The notes beneath the pieces were generated by a model. It was given only the letters and a program-made list of their open reading frames with translations, did not search any database and was not told where the DNA came from. The position numbers and the translations under genes are program-made. From a virus (lineage: Duplodnaviria > Caudoviricetes), in IMG/VR virus record IMGVR_UViG_3300047457_001050, positions 1 through 54,163 of that record: a stretch of 54,163 bases of DNA, one strand, 5' to 3'. Shown here piece after piece: positions 26,704-35,507 of the stretch (position 1 is its first letter; each line of letters opens with the position of its first letter).

Positions 26704-28517
26704 CCACTTAGGTTAGCGCAGGCCTGTGTTATGTTATATTGTTGATTTATTGATCCTTGCTGTGTAAGATTCAATGTGCTTGCTCCACCAGCATTGGTCA
26801 AACTAATTGTAGCCTTATGACTGCCATTACCTGTCTGTGTAGCAGTAACAGTATGTCCACTACCTGCCAATACTAAATCCATATATTGCCCACCTGCTGC
26901 GGCCTGATTAACATTTACATTATTACTATTGCCTGTGATCGTAGCGTAGAAAGAATGATAGGTATTTTGTCCAAATCCTTGATTTACTGTAATAGTATTT
27001 GTATTACCAGTAACCTCAGTCTTATTATAGTGTCCAGAATTGACGCCACCTGCGTTGGCCTGTTTGAGTGTTATGGTATTTGTATTTCCTGTAACTTTGA
27101 GGTCAATAAAATGCCCGCCGCTTTCAATGCCATCTTTGCTGACTGTGGGCCAAGTTCCATTCCAGCCCTGCTGTAGAGTTATAGTATTGGCAGAACCATT
27201 GACATCAAATTCAATTAGATTCTTTCCACTACCCAGTCCATCACCTTGACGTATTCTAAGAGTATTATAATCGCCTATTAATTGAGCATCACCAATACCA
27301 CCACGACCCTGTATATAATTTGTAGTTCCTTCCTGTATAACGTCAACTTCTGCGTAACTACCACTTTGAGTAATATATAATTTGTTGCCTTGTGCCAATG
27401 CGGCCACACGAGCACGATCGGAATTTTTTTGATTAAGTTGTGAGGCAGTCTCTGTGCTTGAATACCAACTTGACCCACCGCCTGCTTCTTGACCTATGCT
27501 TTCACCGCCCAAGACCTGATAGGTTCCGTCGCCTTGTGGATCCCAGGCTATTTCAAAACTGGTAGGGCCACCTCCACTGTTATCTGTATAAAATTGAACA
27601 TAGAGTATTTCACCAGGTTTGGCTGTATATGAACCATAAGAGTAGGAACAGCAATCACCGTTAGTCACCTGTGTGCCATTGATATATAGCCTGTGTTTAT
27701 CATCCCATCCTGTTCTAAACCATATGGTCTTGCTGACACCATTCATAGCACCAGGCCAACGAATATATCCTGTAACCCAGGCATAAAATCCAGGACCAGT
27801 TCCTCCCTGACTCCAACTAGCATTTGATTGACTCCAACTGCCACTATTACAGCAGTCATACCACTGTATAAACCATCCACGATTTGATGTGCCTCTGGTA
27901 TAGGGATATAGGCTTGAGCCACTGGTCTGTGCTACATTATTAGTGGGCAAGGCTGGTGGTGCCGGACTGGTGACCATGGCCTGTGTGAGTGCTTGATACT
28001 GTGCTGTAGTAGCAGTGCCGCCGTGTGTCCAAGTTGAACTGGTAGTTGAGGTTGATGCCTGTAGATTGATGTAGTATCCATACCACGTGGTGTTATCCAC
28101 AAACATATACTGACGACCTTCGTTAGCACCATTTTCAAAGGCGATAAATCTACCATAAGGTATCATTACAGTATTAAGAGTATTGTTACTATTCCACAGT
28201 TCTAATTGTATAGGATTGCCTGGCATACTGCCGTTATTATAACTAAAACGCACAGTCATACCAGATGTAAAACTAACAAAGCCTGTGCCAGGTTTATACA
28301 ATTGGCTTGAGATTAGACCACTGACGGTGCAGGTTCCGCTTGATTGGGTGCAGGCTCCTACATTCCATTGACTGTCGAATACCTTGCCCACTGGCAGTTG
28401 TAGGTCAGTGACATCAGCACGAGCCGGAGTAGGCGTGAGTGCTACAAAAATTAAACCCAGGCACAATATAAGAACAAATATGCCAAATCCTGTTACCCAT
28501 TTATATCCGTATTTCAT
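26670..28517 (-). CDS. Secreted protein with PA14-like domain and C-terminal curlin-like repeats
   Basis: Signal peptide; TGYIRWP..FRTGWDD..RLYING PA14 pattern; repeated N-x5-Q-x-G units (NKLYITQSG, NTITLQQG, NTITVNQG, HTVTATQTG). Confidence 0.75.
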   Translation of the reverse strand: MKYGYKWVTGFGIFVLILCLGLIFVALTPTPARADVTDLQLPVGKVFDSQWNVGACTQSSGTCTVSGLISSQLYKPGTGFVSFTSGMTVRFSYNNGSMPGNPIQLELWNSNNTLNTVMIPYGRFIAFENGANEGRQYMFVDNTTWYGYYINLQASTSTTSSTWTHGGTATTAQYQALTQAMVTSPAPPALPTNNVAQTSGSSLYPYTRGTSNRGWFIQWYDCCNSGSWSQSNASWSQGGTGPGFYAWVTGYIRWPGAMNGVSKTIWFRTGWDDKHRLYINGTQVTNGDCCSYSYGSYTAKPGEILYVQFYTDNSGGGPTSFEIAWDPQGDGTYQVLGGESIGQEAGGGSSWYSSTETASQLNQKNSDRARVAALAQGNKLYITQSGSYAEVDVIQEGTTNYIQGRGGIGDAQLIGDYNTLRIRQGDGLGSGKNLIEFDVNGSANTITLQQGWNGTWPTVSKDGIESGGHFIDLKVTGNTNTITLKQANAGGVNSGHYNKTEVTGNTNTITVNQGFGQNTYHSFYATITGNSNNVNVNQAAAGGQYMDLVLAGSGHTVTATQTGNGSHKATISLTNAGGASTLNLTQQGSINQQYNITQACANLSGCSVTVTQGSP

Positions 28518-29668
28518 CTGTATGTTTGATTGATAACAATCTGTCCTTGTGCTCGGCCACTGCTAAAGTTGTTGCTAATACTCATCATATCTTGTGTAAC
28601 GCTGACCTGAACCTGAGTATTCATTTGTAGTGAAACTTGTGCTACATTGCGGCCGTTCTGACTAACACTTTCTATGGCCCAACCTACCTGTTTAGTTTCT
28701 GATTTGTCTTTCCATATTTTACGAAGATATTCTGGATCTTCTGATTTTGTTTCTTCCTTGGCAGTTGATGCAGGAATTTCTTCTTTGACTTCAACTTGTG
28801 CTACTGTGGTTTTGGTGTCTGAAGCAGGGGCTTCTTGAGTCTTTTTAGCGTCTGCCGCCTGGTTACTTGCGACTTGTTCTGAGTTATCACCACCATCTTT
28901 GCTCTCTTCTTTGCTCTCTTTCTTTGAGTCATCTTTCTTCACTCCTGGAACACCTGCTTGTGCTGCTGCTGCTCTTGCTGCTGCTACTAGCGGAGCCCCA
29001 CTCATTGTGGGCGGCGGGCTTACTAATAGATTAGTGCCTACTGGCATGGCAAACAAATTCACTGTTAATGGCGGTGTAGGCGGTGCGCCTGCTGTTTCTA
29101 CCATGGTAGCCTGAAAGGGTCTATTCATACTGACCAAATTAGGTCCACTTTCTACATCAATGGCGCCACTGCCGCATATAGCACCTTTTACATTGGGTCC
29201 TGTATTATCCTCACAACTGGGCATTAAGATCACTGTAGATGCGCCAGTTTCATTTACTGCCATGACAAAGTCAGTGCCACGCACAGCGATTGCCGCAGTA
29301 GGTGTATTGATCTTAACAGCATTGGGATTAGCACCGGCTATGGCACCACTGACATAGCGCACAGCACCACTGGTGGCCTTTAGACCAAGTTTTCCTCCCT
29401 GAGCATTTTTAGGATCATAAACAAAATCATCAATAACCAAACTACTGTGTTCCGTGACTGATACTGTAGTATTGTCCTTAAAAGTAATTTTAACCTTGCC
29501 ATTCTTTGTTTCAATCTTATCATTAGTTTGAATCACCGTTCCCTTGGCTATTGTCACAGAATCTTTACCACGTTTTATTGTGCCACTGCCTGTGACCTCT
29601 GTAACTGAACCTATGTCTGCCCAGGCCGTGGTGGCGCAAAATAATAAACTTAAACAGAAATAACGCAC
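28514..29668 (-). CDS. Secreted FecR-domain protein
   Basis: Signal peptide; IGSVTEVTG, D.I.T, ITFKDNT, IDDFVYDP and INTPTAAIAVRGTDF motifs. Confidence 0.88.
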   Translation of the reverse strand: MRYFCLSLLFCATTAWADIGSVTEVTGSGTIKRGKDSVTIAKGTVIQTNDKIETKNGKVKITFKDNTTVSVTEHSSLVIDDFVYDPKNAQGGKLGLKATSGAVRYVSGAIAGANPNAVKINTPTAAIAVRGTDFVMAVNETGASTVILMPSCEDNTGPNVKGAICGSGAIDVESGPNLVSMNRPFQATMVETAGAPPTPPLTVNLFAMPVGTNLLVSPPPTMSGAPLVAAARAAAAQAGVPGVKKDDSKKESKEESKDGGDNSEQVASNQAADAKKTQEAPASDTKTTVAQVEVKEEIPASTAKEETKSEDPEYLRKIWKDKSETKQVGWAIESVSQNGRNVAQVSLQMNTQVQVSVTQDMMSISNNFSSGRAQGQIVINQTYR

Positions 29669-29677
29669 GGCAACTCC

Positions 29678-30544
29678 TTATGGTGTTGTTCGTTGAATTA
29701 TATTCCAAACTCCACTGCTGCCCACTGTAGTGACCTTGACCACATTATCCTGTGTGCCTGATTGAGCAATATAGAATCTGTTGCTGGCTCCATTTACATC
29801 CAACCATATGCTGCTACCATAAGCACTGTTGCCTGTCTGGCTCAGGTTGAACACGTTGAAGTTACCTGCCACTGTGATAGTTTGGTTATGATTGTTGCCC
29901 ACTGCGTCAATATTGAACTCATTGCTATTACCACTGGTCACAGTGATTTGACTGTTTAGGTCATCACCTGTGCCACGAAACTGTATGGCATTGCTGTTAC
30001 CTGTAAATTTCCAATTTAGAACAGCATCCTTACAGCCTGTTAGAGCAGCACCTGCTGAACTTGATCCACTACCGCATAACACATCAGCAAAGTTACTGTT
30101 GCCCAACTGCTGAATAGTAACATCTACTCCCTGTGCTGCCACATCTGGGCTTATTGCCTTCATAGCAATAGTATTGTTATTGCCTACCTGATTTAATATA
30201 ATGTTATGATCGTCACCACGCAGATAGATAGCACTGTTTACTGTATATTGACGAACACCACCTGGGTTCAAACGATCTACAATACCTGTTATAATTTTGC
30301 TATAGGTAGAATCACTGCCAGCAGTGTTACCACTGCCTGTTTGTGTGATGCTGACGTTTGGACGTTCACCATCTTGGTCAATGAACACACGATTGGTAGC
30401 ACTCTGTGTCAGTGCTGTGGCAGTGCCTGCCATTACTCCAACTGTGGGATCAACGGGAGTTGTTGGGCTTGGTGCTGTTACTGTAGTCTGTGCTAGCACC
30501 GGAAATGCTGAGATCATCAACAGTGTTATTAGTGTTTTTTTCAT
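29678..30544 (-). CDS. Curlin-repeat secreted protein (CsgA/CsgB-like)
   Basis: Signal peptide MKKTLITLL..VLA; repeats NVSITQTGSGN, NIILNQVGNNN, VTIQQLGNSN, NLSQTG. Confidence 0.75.
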   Translation of the reverse strand: MKKTLITLLMISAFPVLAQTTVTAPSPTTPVDPTVGVMAGTATALTQSATNRVFIDQDGERPNVSITQTGSGNTAGSDSTYSKIITGIVDRLNPGGVRQYTVNSAIYLRGDDHNIILNQVGNNNTIAMKAISPDVAAQGVDVTIQQLGNSNFADVLCGSGSSSAGAALTGCKDAVLNWKFTGNSNAIQFRGTGDDLNSQITVTSGNSNEFNIDAVGNNHNQTITVAGNFNVFNLSQTGNSAYGSSIWLDVNGASNRFYIAQSGTQDNVVKVTTVGSSGVWNIIQRTTP

Positions 30545-30561
30545 GTTCGCTCCGTCCTTCA

Positions 30562-31473
30562 TTAGTTTGTTTTAACTGGTTGTCCACTGGAGTCGACCAG
30601 TCCTTGATTGGGGGCTGATTCAGTAGACTGGGGGGTAGTTTTGGGCTTCGGTGTCTGAACCACGTCATGTTTGGCTTGCTCCTTGTATTTCCACAGTCCT
30701 TGGCGCTCACCTTGATTTATCAGTTCTATGACACCTGCTTCAATTGCTGAACGCATGGCATAATTGCCTGGCTCATTGAATGTTTGCCCTGTATCCAGTT
30801 CAAACGCACGAGTAGCGGTATTAAAGAATTTCAGTGCTGTGAGGCCTTCTGATGTGCTTAATAGGTTCTTTTCTATGGTCACACTGGTTAAGACTTCGCC
30901 AGTTTGAACACTGACTAATCTTAGACTGATAACCACTAGGTCTTGTGTGTATTGAGTATATGGTCCTATGCCCAACCAACGAGCACCTGTGCCCCCTGTT
31001 AGAGTATTTGAATTATAATCAATAATACCACCTTCTATGATCACACCTGCTAGAGTTAATGGTGGCAGCATTTTGGCCTTTTCACCATCGTAGATTTCTC
31101 TAGTCTGTTTGATCATTTGTCTTTCTTTAAGTAAGTTATCTAGGCCCACACGCTCGACCACTGTGAACCATTGACGATTGCCAACTTCACTTAGAGTTTT
31201 AATTAGATAATTTTCAGCGCCTTGAGTAACTGCTGATGAAAATAAACTCAATGTGTTACTGGGCTTACGTTGGCCTGTTAGATCTCTAAAGTTGTATACA
31301 GCCACAGTGATTGGAGGACCTGCTGGGGCTGGCACTTGATTTAACTCTTTCAGTATGTTTTGACTTACTTTGGGTTCGCTCGCTGCCTGCGCATCAACGA
31401 TTGGTCGTATAGCATTACAACCTCCTAATGCTATACTTGCTGCGATTATGCTTAATTTCAGTATGTTCTTCAT
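30562..31473 (-). CDS. csgG: Curli secretion channel lipoprotein
   Basis: LGGC lipobox; VAVYNFRDLTGQRKP, FSSAVTQGA, WFTVVER.GL.NLLKERQ, IEGGIIDY and TGGTGARWLGIG motifs. Confidence 0.93.
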   Translation of the reverse strand: MKNILKLSIIAASIALGGCNAIRPIVDAQAASEPKVSQNILKELNQVPAPAGPPITVAVYNFRDLTGQRKPSNTLSLFSSAVTQGAENYLIKTLSEVGNRQWFTVVERVGLDNLLKERQMIKQTREIYDGEKAKMLPPLTLAGVIIEGGIIDYNSNTLTGGTGARWLGIGPYTQYTQDLVVISLRLVSVQTGEVLTSVTIEKNLLSTSEGLTALKFFNTATRAFELDTGQTFNEPGNYAMRSAIEAGVIELINQGERQGLWKYKEQAKHDVVQTPKPKTTPQSTESAPNQGLVDSSGQPVKTN

Positions 31474-31474
31474 A

Positions 31475-31948
31475 TTAGAATCCAAAACTTGCTATTGGCA
31501 CACGCACAGTGGTCACGGTTCCTGCTTTATCTACCACTGTCAATGTTACATCTTTGTCTGTTTTTACCCAGGTAATGGTATTGCCATCTAATGAAAATAC
31601 ACCTGAGGTAGGATTGATACATCCTGCTATAGGCAAGCCGTCTGCACCATTACATTTATTTTGGAATAGATTGGTGCTGAGTTGACTGGCTAATTGAGCA
31701 TATACTTGACTGGTAAACAGGCTCATAAAGCGAGCCAATGGTGTATTCTGCGATTCTGCCAGCAATCTGGCCTCTTCAGATTTTTTCTGACTTTCTATGT
31801 TATCTTTACGTGCTTTCTCTATACTGTCAATAGTAAGAACATGGCTGCTCCAGTTTTGTCCGTTAAAACTAGGACTCTTAAACTGTTGGACTAGTTCAGC
31901 ATGAACGAGTGTTGGAATGAGAAGCAATACCAACGCAATTTTCTTCAT
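31475..31948 (-). CDS. csgF: Curli assembly component
   Basis: Signal peptide followed by ELVQQFKSPSFNG; directly upstream of csgG. Confidence 0.85.
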   Translation of the reverse strand: MKKIALVLLLIPTLVHAELVQQFKSPSFNGQNWSSHVLTIDSIEKARKDNIESQKKSEEARLLAESQNTPLARFMSLFTSQVYAQLASQLSTNLFQNKCNGADGLPIAGCINPTSGVFSLDGNTITWVKTDKDVTLTVVDKAGTVTTVRVPIASFGF

Positions 31949-31951
31949 AGT

Positions 31952-31983
31952 CGCTCCTTAGTTATATATTATTTATCGGAGCG
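31952..31983 (-). promoter_or_regulatory. Late-type TAAATA promoter inside an SD-masking stem
   Basis: Minus strand CGCTCC-GATAAATA...TAA-GGAGCG. Confidence 0.55.
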
Positions 31984-31992
31984 TTTAAGAAT

Positions 31993-32370
31993 TTAACTGC
32001 TTCTAACCATTATATACCAAATTATGAACAAGTAGCAAATATGATGTGCCATTTGATCTGCACCAAACTCTCGCCAGAATCTAGGTTTAGTCATGTCCTT
32101 AATACCATACTTTACTTTAACCCAATCTATGTGGTAGTGTGCTATACCTTCTAATATACTAATAGCAAGTATTTCAACTGGGGTAAGATAATGAAAGAAA
32201 CTAAAAATTACAAGAGCCACTATGCTCCATAGAATATGATCTAATGAGTGGCTTAAACCTATAGGATCACCATAAATTCCCTTTTTTACAGTTTGATCAT
32301 ATGTTTGAATAAAAAAGTCTGCATACCAGTGCTTGGCCTGTAGCAGAAACATTAATAGTAATATCTCCAT
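31993..32370 (-). CDS. DUF3307-like membrane protein
   Basis: HWYADFFIQT, HSLDH, HYHIDWVK and DQMAH motifs. Confidence 0.75.
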   Translation of the reverse strand: MEILLLMFLLQAKHWYADFFIQTYDQTVKKGIYGDPIGLSHSLDHILWSIVALVIFSFFHYLTPVEILAISILEGIAHYHIDWVKVKYGIKDMTKPRFWREFGADQMAHHICYLFIIWYIMVRSS

Positions 32371-32394
32371 ATAACTATTTAGTATCTACTATAC

Positions 32395-33450
32395 TTAAGT
32401 GCTTATATTATTTTGTTGTGGTTCTTGACCCATAGGAATTTTACTACCTATCGGTTTATTGATATTTTGTATGCTTTTTGGTTCTTGAATTGGTTGTGTA
32501 GCCTGTTGGGATTGTTGTTTAATAACTGTCTCATACGCTTCATCTATAGATTTCCAAGCCCTACCGCCATTTGGGTAGGCTGTTACCCGAGCGAAACGTA
32601 TACCAAAATCATTTCGATCTTGACTAAACCGTACAGTCATAACTGGATCATATTGATCGCCGGGCGTATCACCATTACTCCAAGCATGAGATCCTTTTAT
32701 TGTGTAGCCTCCGCCCTCGGTTTTTTCTAATACAGGATGTCCCTGTAGCACTAGGTCTACATTACTGGGACCATTTTGACCACTCTGAAAATTCTTACCA
32801 AATACCACAGCATTTTTTAAATTTATACTGGTTATCATTTTACCATAAGTGGGCCCTCTTTGCATTTCTTGTCCTACAATGGTTTTAAGTTTTTGAACAA
32901 AATCTGCCACTTCTGGATCTCTTGCAAGATGACTTACTCCGCCCCACTGCCCAAAACCTTTAGGACTACTACCATCTTTTAGGCTGATCCATGCTACTTC
33001 AGTTCCGGATGGGTCTACTATGGCCGCATCTGCTTTAACTGTGCCCGGAACTTTTACAAGACCGGCTGCTTCTACTGTCCGCTTGCCAACTGTTAGCGGT
33101 ATGCTGGGTTGACCTTTTAGGCGTTCTTTTATAGCAGAGTCCAACGCTAAGATCTGACCTTCTTCTTTTTCAAGACGTCCACCCTGCGCTTCAGAAGGTT
33201 TAACCTGTATGGTAGCACCATCATACTTAATCATTTTACCATCGTCTGATATTTCAGCATCAGGAAATATCTGTTTTATATCTTGTATAACATTATATCT
33301 TTGATTGGCGGGAACTACTACCTTAGATGTAAAATTAGTTTTTTTAATGACATCATAACCTAAAGGTTCTAAGTATTGTATAATTTCATCAGAGTTCGTT
33401 TTTTCTGAAATAATAGTAATTGTTTCATAAATGAACTCATTTGATCTCAT
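32395..33450 (-). CDS. Hypothetical phage protein, possible PD-(D/E)XK-variant nuclease fold
   Basis: KADAAIV..WISLK pattern; TAAATA promoter upstream. Confidence 0.45.
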   Translation of the reverse strand: MRSNEFIYETITIISEKTNSDEIIQYLEPLGYDVIKKTNFTSKVVVPANQRYNVIQDIKQIFPDAEISDDGKMIKYDGATIQVKPSEAQGGRLEKEEGQILALDSAIKERLKGQPSIPLTVGKRTVEAAGLVKVPGTVKADAAIVDPSGTEVAWISLKDGSSPKGFGQWGGVSHLARDPEVADFVQKLKTIVGQEMQRGPTYGKMITSINLKNAVVFGKNFQSGQNGPSNVDLVLQGHPVLEKTEGGGYTIKGSHAWSNGDTPGDQYDPVMTVRFSQDRNDFGIRFARVTAYPNGGRAWKSIDEAYETVIKQQSQQATQPIQEPKSIQNINKPIGSKIPMGQEPQQNNIST

Positions 33451-33460
33451 AATTAGATAT

Positions 33461-34129
33461 TTATACAGTCTCAGGAAACAAAACTTCTTCTACAAATTTA
33501 TTGATAGTAGGTTCAGGAACCCCCATAGCGACCATGCTTTTTACCACTTGTGGATTTTGCTTTTGATAATGACAATAACGATTTTGTGCCATATGGAAAT
33601 CAGCACCACATGTTTGTGTAAGGCCTACATTTTCTAAATAGTATTTCAGTGAAACTTTGGCAAGATGGCAAAGCAAATCAATTTCGTTTTCTTCTCTTAT
33701 GTTGCCTGCTGCTACCATATTTGGACTGAATATTTGTTTCGCCCATTCAGGAAGATTTCTAGGTTTCGACCATGACAATGTTTCACTTGTTTCTTTAAAC
33801 CATTTTATCATCTCGTGGTTAGGATCACCTGCACTACTGAAATCGTGAAACGCACCTGTAATCTTATTCTTACCGCAGACTGCATCAAACCCCCAGATTG
33901 GGCTAGGATCATTGTAGTGAGGGAAAACAGTAGAATGAAGTATATAAATGCCGTGCGACTCTCTATTGTCTACTATTTCTATATGTGCTCTGCGAAATCT
34001 CAAACTTGAATAAAGAGCATTATACCAGGAATATTCATGTTCCTTATCAGTATACTTATCTCCAACCTGGTTAAATGCCTGTTCTATTTCTTGAGCTAGA
34101 TTAGCTATTTTGTTCCAAGTCTCTGTCAT
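33461..34129 (-). CDS. Ferredoxin-dependent bilin reductase (PcyA/PcyX type)
   Basis: FRRAHIE, LHSTVFP, PIWGFD, DFS, RNLPEW..IFS and QNRYC..QKQN motifs; coupled to heme oxygenase. Confidence 0.88.
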   Translation of the reverse strand: MTETWNKIANLAQEIEQAFNQVGDKYTDKEHEYSWYNALYSSLRFRRAHIEIVDNRESHGIYILHSTVFPHYNDPSPIWGFDAVCGKNKITGAFHDFSSAGDPNHEMIKWFKETSETLSWSKPRNLPEWAKQIFSPNMVAAGNIREENEIDLLCHLAKVSLKYYLENVGLTQTCGADFHMAQNRYCHYQKQNPQVVKSMVAMGVPEPTINKFVEEVLFPETV

Positions 34130-34658
34130 AAACTTTTAAGATTTTAATAGCGTAATCAAACGCTAAATTTGCTTCGTCTGCCATTTCATCTTTTAATAAT
34201 GATCTAATTTCAGACTTAAGAACGTCTGGATTTTCAAACTCTAAACCCGAGTTAGGTCCTGGCATAAGATTTTTAATAGCTTGTCCTCCATATAGGTCTC
34301 CTAAATGCCAAGTGTAGATATGAGCAATAAGCCTGTCTTTATTTTCAGGTGTCCCTAAATTTATATTAATATAGTCTACATATTCCCCTACTACTTCATT
34401 CATCATATCTTTAGGTTTATTACTACCTATACGTTTTCTATAATCCATCCTTATACGTTCATGGCAAAGAAAATCTGTATTATCTAAAAAAAGACCAAGC
34501 CTAAATGCCTGTGCCTCTAATGTATTATAAACAATCATTTTCTGGTAAAGAAAACTTGCATAAATTGCGGGGTCTAAAGTTCCCGCAAATATAGCCTTCA
34601 TGAATAAGGTATTTTCGGCTTCAGTGTGCTTGTCTGCTGTTAGTTCTTTTAATCCCAT
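34101..34658 (-). CDS. Heme oxygenase
   Basis: LKELT..KH..AE proximal His; AHIYTWHLGDLYGGQ; EANLAF. Confidence 0.9.
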   Translation of the reverse strand: MGLKELTADKHTEAENTLFMKAIFAGTLDPAIYASFLYQKMIVYNTLEAQAFRLGLFLDNTDFLCHERIRMDYRKRIGSNKPKDMMNEVVGEYVDYININLGTPENKDRLIAHIYTWHLGDLYGGQAIKNLMPGPNSGLEFENPDVLKSEIRSLLKDEMADEANLAFDYAIKILKVYDRDLEQNS

Positions 34659-34659
34659 A

Positions 34660-34965
34660 TTATTCCGCTTCTAGTTTTATTACTAATGGATATCCACTTG
34701 CTCGAGATACACTAGTCGATTCAATAAGCTTTTGTTCAGCAATTTCGTAAGTATAGATTCCTGCCACACCACTTCCTTCATTGTGTATTTTTAAAGTTAT
34801 TTCTGTGGCTACATTTTGAGGATGTCTAAAGATAGACATCAATAGGCTTATTACGAATTCAACCGGCGTTACATCATCATTTAGAAAAATGATTTTGTAT
34901 TTTTTCGGTAGCTTTACCTTGTCGTTGGTTTTCGTTGACTTTTCAACAACTACATCAGTGGTCAT
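34660..34965 (-). CDS. clpS: Clp protease adaptor
   Basis: YKIIFLNDDVTPVEFV, IHNEG and YEIAEQK motifs. Confidence 0.93.
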   Translation of the reverse strand: MTTDVVVEKSTKTNDKVKLPKKYKIIFLNDDVTPVEFVISLLMSIFRHPQNVATEITLKIHNEGSGVAGIYTYEIAEQKLIESTSVSRASGYPLVIKLEAE

Positions 34966-34981
34966 AATTATATTTATAGTT

Positions 34982-35005
34982 AAAGGGGGAGGTCCCCCTT
35001 TTTTT
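34982..35005. terminator. Intrinsic terminator hairpin after hsp20
   Basis: AAAGGGGG-AGGT-CCCCCTTT with flanking T and A runs. Confidence 0.75.
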
Positions 35006-35007
35006 AA

Positions 35008-35442
35008 CTATTCACCTTTAATGTTTACAGTTCTTGGTTTAAGTGTATCAGGAACAATGCGCTCTAAATAGATGGTCAATACACCATTTTTAATAGAAGC
35101 ATCACCTACTTCAATGTGTTCAGCTAGTGGCCATACACGAGTAAAATCTCTGGATGCCAGGCCTTTATGCAGATAAGATTCGCCCGGCCAGTCCATAGCC
35201 TCACGCTGACCTTTAACAATTAATTGATCGTTATCTACTTCTACTGTAATTTCCTTCTTCTCAAATCCTGTGACTGCTACTTCTAATTGATAAGTATTGT
35301 CACCTGTTTTTACAATATTATATGGAGGATAGTTGTTGTTTATTTGATTTTGAAAACGACGCTCAAAGTCATTAAACAATGTATCAAATCCTAAAAGGGC
35401 TCTATTAAGAGCATTAGTATCAAATCTAACAATTTGTGTCAT
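35008..35442 (-). CDS. Small heat-shock protein (Hsp20/IbpA family)
   Basis: YPPYNI, AVTGF, YLHKGLASRDF and NGVLTI motifs. Confidence 0.95.
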   Translation of the reverse strand: MTQIVRFDTNALNRALLGFDTLFNDFERRFQNQINNNYPPYNIVKTGDNTYQLEVAVTGFEKKEITVEVDNDQLIVKGQREAMDWPGESYLHKGLASRDFTRVWPLAEHIEVGDASIKNGVLTIYLERIVPDTLKPRTVNIKGE

Positions 35443-35507
35443 TTTATTTCTCCTTTAAAAAGTAAGATTTTTAGGGGCCCGAGTTAGGTACCCCTTGTTT
35501 ACCAAAA

